Assembly: GCA_964016885.1 (NCBI GenBank)
Contig: OZ024740.1
Coordinates: 208,444,001-208,508,000 of the forward strand
Reading direction: 5' to 3'
From: Eledone cirrhosa
Taxonomy: Eukaryota
DNA length: 64,000 nt
The notes under the pieces were generated by a model. That model did no database searches and had not been told where the DNA came from. It was given only the letters and a program-made list of their open reading frames with translations. Below, piece by piece: positions 41,190-53,346 of the stretch. How positions within the stretch are numbered: position 1 is the first letter of the stretch; each line of letters begins with the position of its first letter. Made by a program: the position numbers and the translations under genes.

Positions 41190-41429
41190 TAATTCTTATT
41201 ATTTAGAGTTATTTCCCTTGATCTTTAACTATTCTAGTTGAAATTTGTAATAACATTATTGTTCCTGTGTTGCCATTTTCATTCTTCCTCTTTATCTTCT
41301 TCTTCTTCTTCTTCTTCTTTCTCCAAAGCTTCAATAACAGAAAGGAGTGATCAGCCTCTTCGAGTCCCACGAGTGACGCTGTCCATATTTGTCCGTCTCC
41401 AAACGTTTATATGCCTAACTTATTAGATA

Positions 41430-43138
41430 CTAGCTGAGGTACCCAGCTTCACTAAGGTTAACACATGATAAGAGAAGACCGGCAGAAGAGAAAACGTCTG
41501 TATTGAATGCATTGTCTTGTTTACAGTGTGTGTATATTGTGTGTGTGCGTGTGTGTGTATGTATGTTTGTGTAGTGTTTATGTATATATATGTGTATGTG
41601 TGTGTGAGTGTTCGTGTGTGTGTATATGTGTGTGTGTGTGTATATATATATATGTGTGTGTGTGTGAATGTTCGTGTGTGTGCGTGTGCGTGTGTGTATA
41701 CCACCGTTGGAATCGGAGACATAGGCCGCGAAACACGATCATCACTGACAACGAACTCGCAGAGAGAATCCCTTATGGTTGAAATAGCAGTCAGGTTGGT
41801 TAGCATACGTGGTATATCTTATAAAATGAGTATCAATAAACTTTCCTGGATATACTCTCTATCGCAATCCTGTACATACTTTCCGATTGTCACTTTTCGT
41901 TTTTTTTGTGTGATACGCGAAGGAACGAACCAACAAATATCTCTCTTTTATATCTCTTTTATTTTTTCATTCAATATATTTTTCAGCTAATTCTGTCGTA
42001 CAAGATACATCAGCAATCGTTATCTAATGTTTAAAACATATGAATAGCTGCGATATATGCACCATATAAATCAAAAACGATATGAGAATTGAATACCATA
42101 CTAAAGCGCCAGTAAGCTTGCTAAGAACCTGTAGATAGAAATGTTAATAAATACAACATTTGGCTTGGATAAACTTTAAGATGTTCTTTCATTGTAGGTT
42201 TCTTTTCTCAGCCAGTACGTTAAAGAAAATTGATAGTTACAACAATAAAGGTTGAACAGAGAACAAATTTTTTAACAAACTTTACAATAATTTGTACAAC
42301 CATAATGGAAATTCCAAGTAACAGAAAATACATAAATTACATTGTTAGAGCCTCAGAGTATACAATATTTTTTGTTCAGCCCTCGGGAGCAAAGATGAAG
42401 AGATTGTTTGGCGAGCTCAACCTAGATCATCCTACATACACTTGACCATGGTTTTCCCAGATGAAAGCCAGTCACTTTTAGGGTTTGACACTGAGCTTTG
42501 TTGATGGTAATCTCTGTTGCTCTAGTAACATTTTTTCTTCTGGAAAATCTGATCTTGCGGCCAGGCTAGGACTTTTTGGGTGGCATCTCGGCAGTAACAA
42601 TGACGATAAGCCGTCTGTGCTTTCGTGAAATAAATACGTTTGATTATATTTTGTTTATATTTTGTTTTTGTTTTTGCAAAAATATCTGTACACAAATATA
42701 TAATCATATATATATATTAAAATCCAAAGAGGGCTCGATAAGAACCGTAGAGCAAATATTTATTAAAATAACAGATTAAAGTTTAAGCAAAGAATCGCTG
42801 CTTTCACCCTTTACGGGATCTTCTGAAACTAAAAAAAATCAATCTGTGAAAGCAGAAGTAAATATTTCGAAAAACGTTGCAACCGAAAGAAAACAGGAAG
42901 ATGATACTTTGGTTCGTTAGGAATGTCGTATAACCGGAAGAGTTGACATTTGAAAATTTTAAAGAAGTGAATATTTAAATAATGTCTTTAATCTTTTAAC
43001 AAAATTCAGTAGACAAAATTACCCTCACTTTCTTACTTGGAAAAAGTTACATCTATAGTGCAAATTTGGTGCCGTTTGGTCCAGCCGCTTTGCGGAAAGT
43101 TTGTTACTTACATACGGCCATCAGCTTTATAGTATAGA
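41430..43138 (-). mobile_element. Helitron remnant(s)
   Basis: TC start at 43138, CTAG|T end at 41430; degenerate helicase C-terminus ITINKAQCQTL..SR..KNIVYSEAL at ~42345-42515. Confidence 0.7.
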
Positions 43139-43604
43139 TATTTACCAGTTCAATGTAAATGTTAATAGTTCGAATTATGAGTCTCGCCAAAGAGATTTTT
43201 TATAGCAAAAATAATGGGCTTTGAAGTCATTTTTATTTTGTGTCTCTAATTTGTTCTGCCCTACACATCTCGTTTTTGTGTGTTGTGTGCTTGGTTTACG
43301 CATGCGTTATATCCGGATGTAACGTATACGCTAACCAAGCACACAACACACAACATACAAAAACAAGATGGTGTAGGAAAGAACAATGGAGAGACACAAA
43401 ATAGAAGCCCAGTCACGGAGGAGGTCACAGATTGTGTGACAAAAGAGCTTTGACAATATATAAACAACCATCCTGTTATCGAACCAACCAGCCAACCAGA
43501 AATTTATAATAAATTGAAGTCAAAATCAACAGGTGCGTGTGTTTTTATTGGCAGCATGACTCTCCCAAAGTATAACAATATATACACATATTTACATTTA
43601 TTAT

Positions 43605-44405
43605 CATCGGTAACCTCATGCCGCGTCCTCGTCAGCAGGGTTCTCCAAAACACAATAGAACCCTCTGTGTTCAGGGAATGTGAGGTCGCCTGTGAGATGT
43701 CGGACAGGCTGGGACTTAGCCCGGTAGAAGTCCCTCCTCCTTCACCCCCTGCTGACCTCAAGTCCCCCCAAAGCGTATGGGATTCCATCCAGTGCAGCCT
43801 GGCCTCAGACACGCTAACGCGCCAGCTCGACCAGCACCATGTTGCCTGTTTTCGTGCGGCCTCCAAAACCCACAGTGGTGCCTGGCTCCATGCCTTTCCC
43901 TCCTTCTCCACTGGCACGCAGCTGAATAACGATAGCCTGCGCATCGGCGTTTCCTTGAGGCTTGGACTCCGTATCTGCGAGCCACATAAATGTCGCTGTG
44001 GATCCACCGTGGACCCTTTCGGACTCCACCTGCTTTACTGTGTCGGCCGCCTTCCATGCCATGCTGCCCTCAACGAGGTCATTAAGCATGGCTTGGACGC
44101 TGCAGGCTTCCCCTCCCAGCTCGAGCCGTGGGGCTGGACCGAGGGGATTGCAAAAGGCCAGATGGTATGACCGTCTTCCCGTTCCGCCGTGGCAAACCCC
44201 TCGTCTGGGATGCCACTTGCAGCGACTCATTCTCCAGCCGCAACCTGGTTCAGTCTGCGACTAACCCAGGTTCTGCTGCACGTCGGGCTGAGGAGGCCAA
44301 ACTCTCCAAGTACCGGTCGCTCTCCGACAGGTTTGCCGTCGTACCTTTGGCAGTGGAGACTTCTGGTGTCCTTGGCCCTAGGGCTACCTCCGTATTCACC
44401 ATCAG
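43605..44405 (+). pseudogene. CRE-clade-like non-LTR retrotransposon 3' fragment (CCHC plus restriction-like endonuclease)
   Basis: SGAWLHAFP, LRLGL, C-x-CG..D..G.H..C, EP.GL, KRPDG, WDATC.D, AE..K..KY, PLAVETSG. Confidence 0.85.
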
Positions 44406-44553
44406 CTAGCCAATATATATATTAATATATATACATACACATACACACATATACACATACATATACATATATATACGGATATACATACACATGCATATAT
44501 ATACATTTATATACACACACATATATATATACGTACACATATACACATACACA

Positions 44554-44609
<56 letters not shown>

Positions 44610-44774
44610 CACATATACACACATATATATCCACATATACACACATACGCATATACACGCGCACGCGTACATATACATGCACACATACATACATACATAC
44701 ATACATACATACATACATACATACATACATACATACATACATACATACATACATACATACATACATACATACAT

Positions 44775-45073
44775 TACTAAAACAGAGAATGTCTGTTTGT
44801 CTGTCTGTCTGTACAATCACTAAAACTCGAGAACCACCCAACCGATTATTTTCAAACATTACACATGTAATATTTACATTTTAGGGAGTGTTCTGAGCAA
44901 AAACAATTTCAAATTTTCAATGCCCTAGGGACCGCATTAGGCGATTTAGCGATCCCTTTCTCTCTCTCTTAGTCTTTCTCTTTTTAGATAGATACATAGA
45001 TATTACGTTGCGCCTTATAATATCGGTCTGTATGCCTGGCTGTCTGCATTACGTCATTATGACGCGGTGTGTA

Positions 45074-45105
<32 letters not shown>

Positions 45106-45500
45106 TGTATGTGTGTGTGTGTGCATATGTATATATAGTGTGTGTGTATATATATATATATAGTGTGTAACATTTTTCGAAATATTTACTTCTGCGTTCA
45201 CAGATTTATTATTTTAGTTTCAGAAGATCCCGTTAAGGGTGAAAGCAGCGATTCTTTGCTTAAAGTTTAATCAGTTATTTTAATATATATATATATAATT
45301 ATATATTCGTGTACAGATATTTTTGCATACACATAAAAACAAAACTTTATTTCGCGATAAAGTATTGATTTTCTTCGAACAGAAAAAAACCCTGGTAATG
45401 TACGACGAACTTTTTTTATAAGCACAAAGTGTAGACACCAAACCGAGGCCGAGGTATTCCGTACTTCTCTGTACTGTTATTTATATATTCGTGTACATAT
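44775..45500 (+). mobile_element. Helitron 5' fragment of the same family as 7364-9180
   Basis: gagaatgtctg..aaaactcgagaaccacccaaccgatt..tgccctagggaccgcattagg shared. Confidence 0.7.
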
Positions 45501-45568
45501 ATGTTTGCATACACAATAACAAAATATAAGCAAACGTATTTACTTCACATTTATTATTATTATGTTAT

Positions 45569-45658
<90 letters not shown>

Positions 45659-45709
45659 CTTTCCTCCTTAGGTAAGTATATACGTTCAACAATCTGGAAG
45701 GAAGGTATA

Positions 45710-45750
45710 CGTTGCTGACGATAGCTAATAAGCTTGAAACTAGTACAGCG
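45710..45750 (+). ncRNA. Minimal type I hammerhead (intact)
   Basis: CGTTG-CTGACGA-tAGCTaataAGCTt-GAAA-CTAG-TA-CAGCG. Confidence 0.8.
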
Positions 45751-46121
45751 TTCCTTTGTCAGTGTTGAACAAATGAGCAACGATGGTTGCTGAATACTAC
45801 GGCTTGTTTACAAACACACCGAGCATTATAATAAATGTCCGGTGAATCCATACGTACATATATATATGTGTGCATGTATGTATATATATATATATACATA
45901 CTATTGTACGTCTGTATACATATATGTATGTACGTGTACATACTTATATTAAAGTAACAGCCGTACTAAGAGTGGGAAATGAAATTTCGTTTCATTTTTT
46001 CCGTTTATCGTTTTCGGTGCACCCAGCCGATTAACCCACTCGATATGCAAATTGGGCTACTCAGCCGTTAATATGCATAAGGTAAGTATATATATGTTCA
46101 ACAATCTGGCAGGAAGGTATA

Positions 46122-46162
46122 CGTTGCTGACGATAGCTAATAAGCTTGAAACTATTACAGCG
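46122..46162 (+). ncRNA. Minimal hammerhead (stem III variant CTAT)
   Basis: Same motif with GAAA-CTAT-TA. Confidence 0.65.
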
Positions 46163-46425
46163 TTCCTTTGTCAGTGTTGAACAAACGAGCAACGATGGTT
46201 GCTGGACACTACGGCTTAATACGGGATGTTTGTTTACAAACACACCGAGCATTATAATAAATGTCCGGTGAATCCATACGTACATATATATATGTGTGCA
46301 TGTATTTATATATATATACATACTATTGTACGTCTGTATACATATATGTATGTACGTGTACATACTTATATTTAAGTAACAGCCGTACTAAGATTGGGAA
46401 ATGAAATTTCGTTTCATTTTTTCCG

Positions 46426-46457
<32 letters not shown>

Positions 46458-46536
46458 GTTGAAATGAACGAACAAAACACAGGAAGCAATTATACACAGT
46501 TATATTAGGTTCATGCTTGGTGGAAGTGGAGAAGAT

Positions 46537-46570
46537 TTCAACGTTTCGGACATAAGTCCTTCATCGGGAA
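46537..46570 (-). ncRNA. Minimal hammerhead with CCGAUGA core variant in an isolated pLTR-like fragment (46458-46690)
   Basis: ttc-CCGATGA-a-GGAC-ttat-GTCC-GAAA-CG-TT-gaa. Confidence 0.7.
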
Positions 46571-46687
46571 AGTTTGGATAGGGGAGAACAGGAACTCCGA
46601 GAGAGAGTAAGGAGGGCTTTAAGGAGGAAAGTTACAAAGTAAAGAACACAATATGAAGAGAAAAATATAAAATATAAATAACAAAAT

Positions 46688-46765
<78 letters not shown>

Positions 46766-47004
46766 ATAATAATAAATTTGAAGACTAAAATCCAAAGAGG
46801 ACTCGATAAGGATAAATATATATAAAATATATAAGAACCGTAGAGCAAATATTTATTAAAATAACAGATTAAAGGTTAAGCAAAGAATCGCTGCTTTCAC
46901 CCTTAACGGGATCTTCTGAAACTAAAATAATCAATCTGTAAACGCAGAAGTAAATGTTTAGAAAAACGTTGCAACCGAAGGAAGACAGGAAGACGATACT
47001 TTGG

Positions 47005-47290
47005 TTGGTGGAGACGTTTCCTGGCAATGAACGGAAAAAAACGAATATAATACGTCATTATTTGGAGCGGTGAGAACAATTATACGCAAAGACAAAACCA
47101 CGTTTATGGTATAAATGAAGTCGTGGACTAATATTCTATTTAGGTGGTTCGTGGAGACGTTCCCTGGCAATGAACGGGAAAAAACGAAGATAATACGTCA
47201 TTATGTGGAGCGGTGAGAATAATAACACGCAAAGACAAAACCACGGTTATGGTATAAATGAAGTCGTAGAATAAAATTCTATTTAGGAAA
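47005..47290. repeat. Two tandem ~140-bp units
   Basis: tggagacgtt.cctggcaatgaacgg...gtataaatgaagtcgt..attctatttagg twice. Confidence 0.8.
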
Positions 47291-49840
47291 CCGAATGATT
47301 CTCGGCTTCAGAGTTAGGAATAATGTATATAAATTACAGAGGTTATGGAAATCAACAATAATTAAATATATACATGCACGCATCCATATACGTACATACA
47401 CATGCATACGCGAAAACACCCGCCATGGGTATGCATATGCAAGCACGTACACAAAAACACGTGCACACATACAAAAACCCGCGCAACGCCTGTAGCCGCG
47501 CACATACGAACGTATACACCAAATACACATAAAAATATATAAAAATATATATATATGTGTGTGTGTGCGTGTATACATATAATTATATAAACGTATATAA
47601 ATATGCACACATAAATACGTATAAAACGGGCGCACACACATACCTACAGGTAAATACACATATGTTCGCTAAACAACGTCAACCAAAACACAAAGTGCGC
47701 ATATACACACACCCTACATACGTGCAAACCAGCATACAGACACAAACGGAAAATACACGTATACACATAACCATATACACATGTACCAGTATATATAATA
47801 TAATATATACACCTATAACAAATACAAGCAAATATACGTAGAAGATAGTATACGTACCTTCACAAAACATACAGGTAATATATACTTACCTATACAAATA
47901 AGTAATGGTATAAACATAAAATATACTTAGTTACCACATCAAGACGTAAATTATCCGCGTTCGTACTATCCGTTAGGGTATAATGTGGGGCGGTAATACA
48001 GGAAAGTTTTATGCAATTTATGTTTACAAGCCGAAATTGTCTCAGATTTTTTGTTTAAGATGTGGTCATTGGCGTAGAGTATTTCCAGGGCTTCAGCGGC
48101 GCAGAGGTCACATGGTCTTTTATTTCCGTTATACGATCTAGCCCTAGCTAGGATCTCCCAGTGTAGTTGTCTTTTAGACTCCAGATATAAGCTGAAAGTG
48201 ACGTCATATTCCTTCTTAAAGGGTTAAGGAAAGAATGAGTATGCATGTAAAGACGCTGCTTGAATCTATTGCGGTTAACCCTACGTAGGCCCTAGGGGAC
48301 GTGGGTGTTTCAACCTTACATTGTAGACAATGTTACTGGAGAGGCATTTCCCGGATAGGGGGCAGTCAACCCGATTCCTACAATTACAGTTAGTACTAGC
48401 TAGGGGGTTGCACGTGTTCCTATGTGCAAGGTTAGGAGTCGTAGAGTAAGAAATTTTAATGGTATTTCTATTAAAAATGTTATTATATTTATGTGCTGGT
48501 GGGAAATGCTTCTTAATAAGGGAGAGAAAGATCTTAGCTAATGGTGTGGCCACCTCCTTATTATATGGTGGGTTGTACCATATAATGCGTGAGGATCTAT
48601 TTTTCCTAGGTCTATGCTCATACTCGGTATATGCTACCTTATCGACAAGTCCACTCCGAGCGAGAGCTTCATTGTAATATGTGGAATGGTCGGTGAAAAT
48701 ATGCTCGTTTGTAGATAGACGGGAAAGCCTCAAAGAAACGTTTCTTACCAGGTTCTTGATTATGCTGGCAGGATGGTTAGAATGCTTGCTTATGTAATTA
48801 AGCGTATCATTCGGCTTCTATACGGGTAATGCAAGCCATTCGACAAATTGAGGGTAATTAACGACCGAGAGGTTGGCCTTTAAAGAAGGCTGTGAGTTCT
48901 TTTCTGAACCTGTCGCAGGCTCGTGGGCCGCACTTTGTCATGGCCAAAAGACCGTCATCACGGTAGAAACCACCGCCTACGTTGGGGAATTCTTCCTTGA
49001 TAGAGAAAAGAAGGAAAAGGCCGATAAGATCAGTAATCTCCGCAGAATCGCTGGCGCCGATACTCACGTCGAATGGGGTACTATTAGATTTTTTAATCCA
49101 AATAGAGTCGTCGAAATTAATCACCGACTTACGGGCATTGAGGATGACATCAACTTCGAAATCCTTAACCACTGTGAGTGTTTTAGCGAAATTGATAGCT
49201 CTAAGAAGAAGTGGTAAAGTGATGGAGGAGTAGTAATTATTGATGTCGAATTGGATAAAACGGCAATGTTCCTTGTTACATATGCCGTTGAACCAATCAA
49301 TCACCGCGAAAGAATTGTTCCACAGTGCAAGAGGGGCCAAACTTCTAATTTCAGGTATAATTCTATCTAAAATCCTTTTACTAAGTCTACCTAAATCGGA
49401 CTTCGTAGGGTTAATAAGCCGAATAGAGGGGTTGTTGGGGAAATTGAATTTGTGATCCTTCAGGGTAAAGTGGGTAGAAATGGGGTCCTGAGGTTCAGCC
49501 CGGTCCAGGATGTTGAGATCAGAGGTGATTTTAAACCCAGCATCGTTGATGTCATTAATGACACTCCGATTAGTTTTACGGTAATCCTTAGTTACAGCAT
49601 TGTGTAGCAGTTGCGTTCCACTTGATATAGATTGCCAGTTTTGTCGGAGTGGACGTGCACGGCACTAGAATCCTTAATAGAACGAATTCTATTCTTCAGG
49701 TCCTGCTGGAAGGAATTGCTCCTATTCTGAAATTTGATATTCCGTATGAGTTCCAAGACATCATTTTCGAAGGGTAGCAATGCTGGGTTACTCGGAGGGT
49801 TATTGTAAGTTTTAAACCCAAATTTATCCTGTTTGTTATA
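47290..49840 (-). mobile_element. PLE, degenerate RT plus GIY-YIG, with 3' UTR
   Basis: SDKTGNLY, TLKDHKFNF, RLINPTKSDLG, FIQFDINNYYSSI, GASDSAEI, YRDDGL, WYNPPY, CNCR..CPLSGKC. Confidence 0.88.
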
Positions 49841-50034
49841 TATATACTAGCTGGCCCGTCCGGCTGGCGCTCAGCTAGTATATATATATTTGTGTGTGTG
49901 TGTGTATGTTTATGTATGTATATATATATATATATATATATACATACATACATACATACATACATACATACATACATACATACATACATACATACATACA
50001 TACATACATACATACATACATACATACATACATA

Positions 50035-52720
50035 GAGATACGATTTGGAGATACAAAATTTAAAACTTTGAACTCCAAATTACACCAGTTGAAACAACAA
50101 CTCACAGCTACAACAGAAAGACTAAAATATAAGTCAACAGCACATAAACGACAAGTGCTAAATAGATTGTTTGCCAGAGATGCTAAATCAGTTTATCGCA
50201 GCTTCGGTGGCAAAAGCTCAATCCCTGTAAACGACACCCCTTCAAAAGAACAGGTTGAGAGCTACTGGAGATCTGTATGGGTAACGGATGACGGATTCAA
50301 CAGACAAACTAATTGGCTAAAAGAACTGGAACAGGACTACTGCCAACATGTCCAAACAAAACAATATGACATAGATGGGTCAATACTGGAAACAGCTCTA
50401 CAGAAAATGTCGAATAGGAAATCGCCAGGCCCAGACCTCATTATAGGATACTGGCTGAAGAATTTCACTTTCTATTGGCAAGATCTCATACGGCTGTTTA
50501 CAGAAACCATTAAAGGCACACAAGAACTGCCCAGATCGTTATCAACTGCCACTACTCTCCTCATTCCCCAAAATAGCCAAACCACCCTTGCTAAAAATTA
50601 CCGCCCAATAGCCTGCCAAAACATCATGTATAAATTATATACTGGGTGCCTTAACCTGTTCTTACAGGATCACTGTGCTACCAACAACATCATAACACCT
50701 GAGCAAGCTGGTGGAAAGAGGGAGGTGTGGGGTTGCATAGATCACCTACTAACTAACAAAATGATTCAGGAAAAAACAACAAAGACTCGCAGAAACATGA
50801 CTGTGGTGTGGCTGGACTATCAAAAAGCATTTGATAGTGTACCTCATGGGTGGATTATTAAGGCTTTACAGTTAGCTAAAGTCCCACAACCATTGGTAGC
50901 TGCTGTTGAACGCCTGACCAAGAACTGGTACACCAATTTGATCCTTAGAGGTGAGAACGAGAAAGTTAAGACTGATAAGATACATTACCAGAAGGGCATC
51001 TTTCAGGGTGATAGCTTGTCAGTGCTACTCTTCGTTCTCTCACTGAATCCACTATCTTACCTACTCAGGAAACAAGGTGGACAAAGAAGTGGGCCCAGAA
51101 GTATCTCCCATCTTTTCTTTGTTGATGACCTGAAGTTGTATGGGCCAAATATCAATGACATCAAGAAACAATTGGACCTCATTACACAATTTTCAACCGA
51201 CATCAAAATGAAATTTGGTGAGTCCAAGTGTGCATATTTGGCAGTAAAACGTGGAAGAGCTGTGCCCTCCTCTAGAAATCTAGAGATGAACGGCCTGACA
51301 ATACAACCTCTACAGTCAGGTGACAACTACAGATATCTTGGACAGGATGAGAATGTCAGATATGATGGACCCATAAATAAGGAGAGAACCAGAACTGAAT
51401 ACCTCAGAAGAGTAAAGAAAATATGGTCATCAGAACTGTCAGCGTACAACAAATACATTGCCCACAATACTTATGCTGTACCAATTCTTACCCCAACATT
51501 TGGCCTGCTGAACTGGTCATTGCAAGAAATAAGTGAGATGGATGTTAGAACTCGAAAACTTCTCAGTGTTACTGGGAACTTTAACATCAATGGTGATGTG
51601 GATAGACTATACTTCTCACGCAAGGAAGGTGGCCGGGGTCGAAAATCAATATTAACAACATATGAGACCCGGATAGTAACACTGAAGCAACACCTTCAAC
51701 AGAGGAAAAAGGTTGGCAACCATCTTTCCCAGGTTTATGAGCATGAAAAAAAAAATCATTAGAATAGCGACTGATCTGGAGGAGAGATATGGAATAAAGC
51801 CTGATATAAATCTCTCACCCAGAGAAATCGGAAGATCCTATTCAATGTTCAAACAAGATTTAAAAAATTGACCAATTTACAGAAAAAGTTGTGCATGGAT
51901 ACTTGAGGCGTAAAACACAGACCATAGAGGAGATAAACCACTCAAAAAGCCTGGCATGGAGTTCCGACAAGTTTATGACATCACACCTTGAGGGATATCT
52001 CTATGCAATACAGGAACAAGAACTCCCTACCAAATATCTGCTGCACAAAAGAGGAGGGCCAGCAGCTGACAATAAATGTAGGCTATGTAAAACAAAGATC
52101 GAGGATGTAAGCCACATTGTTGCCAGCTGCGAAAGAATGTCATCTCGCTACTACCTCCCCATGAGACACGATGGGATAGCTAGAACCATCTGGAACGCAC
52201 TTCGGAAAAAAAATTAACAACAAACGAGTAAGAATATATTGAGATAGATGGCACTAAGGAATACTGGTGGAACCTGAAAATAAAAACTGCCACCAAATTA
52301 AAGCACAACCGGCCTGATATTGTTGTTTGGGACCACACATTGAAAACGTGTTCTGTTTTGCAAATAAGCTGCCCACTTGAGGTAAACGTTGTCAGAAAAA
52401 TACAGGAGAAGGACATCTACGGACCATTGATGAGGAGTTTACAAATCCAGTATCCAAGATACACCTATAGCTTCATACCCATCATTATTGGAGCTACGGG
52501 TTATATACCAACCCGCTTGGACCAAAGTATGACTGAACTTGGATTTGCGGACAAAAAGCGCAGCACCCTAATTCATAGTCTACAAATGGCTGCGATAGCT
52601 GGCACCTTCAAAATTTGCAAAACATTCTTGCGATTCAAGGGATGACAATTTCTTTTCTTTTACAACCTTGCCACCAGGAAGGTGGCCGGTCAAAAAAAAT
52701 ATACTCGAATTTAAGAGAAA
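50035..52720 (+). pseudogene. R4/Dong-like non-LTR retrotransposon (RT, CCHC, restriction-like endonuclease), 5'-truncated
   Basis: KSPGPD, YRPIAC, WLDYQKAFDSVPH, GIFQGDSLS, FVDDLKLY, RKEGGRG, AIQEQ, CRLC..HIVASC, RHD, HNRPDIV; frameshifts after 51760. Confidence 0.9.
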
Positions 52721-52816
52721 GAGATAACATACATACATACATACATACATATACACATACATACATACAGGCATGCATGCATACATACATATATACATAC
52801 ATACCTGCATACATAA

Positions 52817-52964
<148 letters not shown>

Positions 52965-53067
52965 ATGTGTATAGACACACACACACACATTATCCTCGTA
53001 AGACTATATTTTTGCATCCCTGTGTTTATTTTGTGCAACTATGAGTGTGTATATATATATATATATA

Positions 53068-53226
53068 TAGTGACGAAACATAAGTCAATTACATGAACTC
53101 ATAATCCTTTATTGACTGCTATATATATATTTCGATGATAGCCATTCAATGGCTATCATCGAAATATATATATAGCAGTAAATAAAGAATTATGAGTTCA
53201 TGCAATTGACTTATGTTTCGTCACTA
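53068..53226. repeat. Fold-back palindrome centred on a putative hammerhead stem II
   Basis: TTTC-gatgatagccatt-c-aatggctatcatc-GAAA-tatata..; ~79-bp arms; AATAAA just downstream. Confidence 0.85.
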
Positions 53227-53309
53227 TTATAACTCCGGAACTTATATCTCGTTGAGTGCTCCCTATCCGCAAACTGAAGTACTGGATTTTACCAACACTT
53301 ACTTTCTTG

Positions 53310-53345
<36 letters not shown>

Positions 53346-53346
<1 letters not shown>

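Larger units (their letters stand above)
45660..46426 (+). mobile_element. Family R: tandem ~412-bp units each carrying a minimal hammerhead (retrozyme / PLE pLTR-like)
   Basis: Hammerheads at 45710-45750 and 46122-46162; TA arrays on both sides. Confidence 0.85.
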
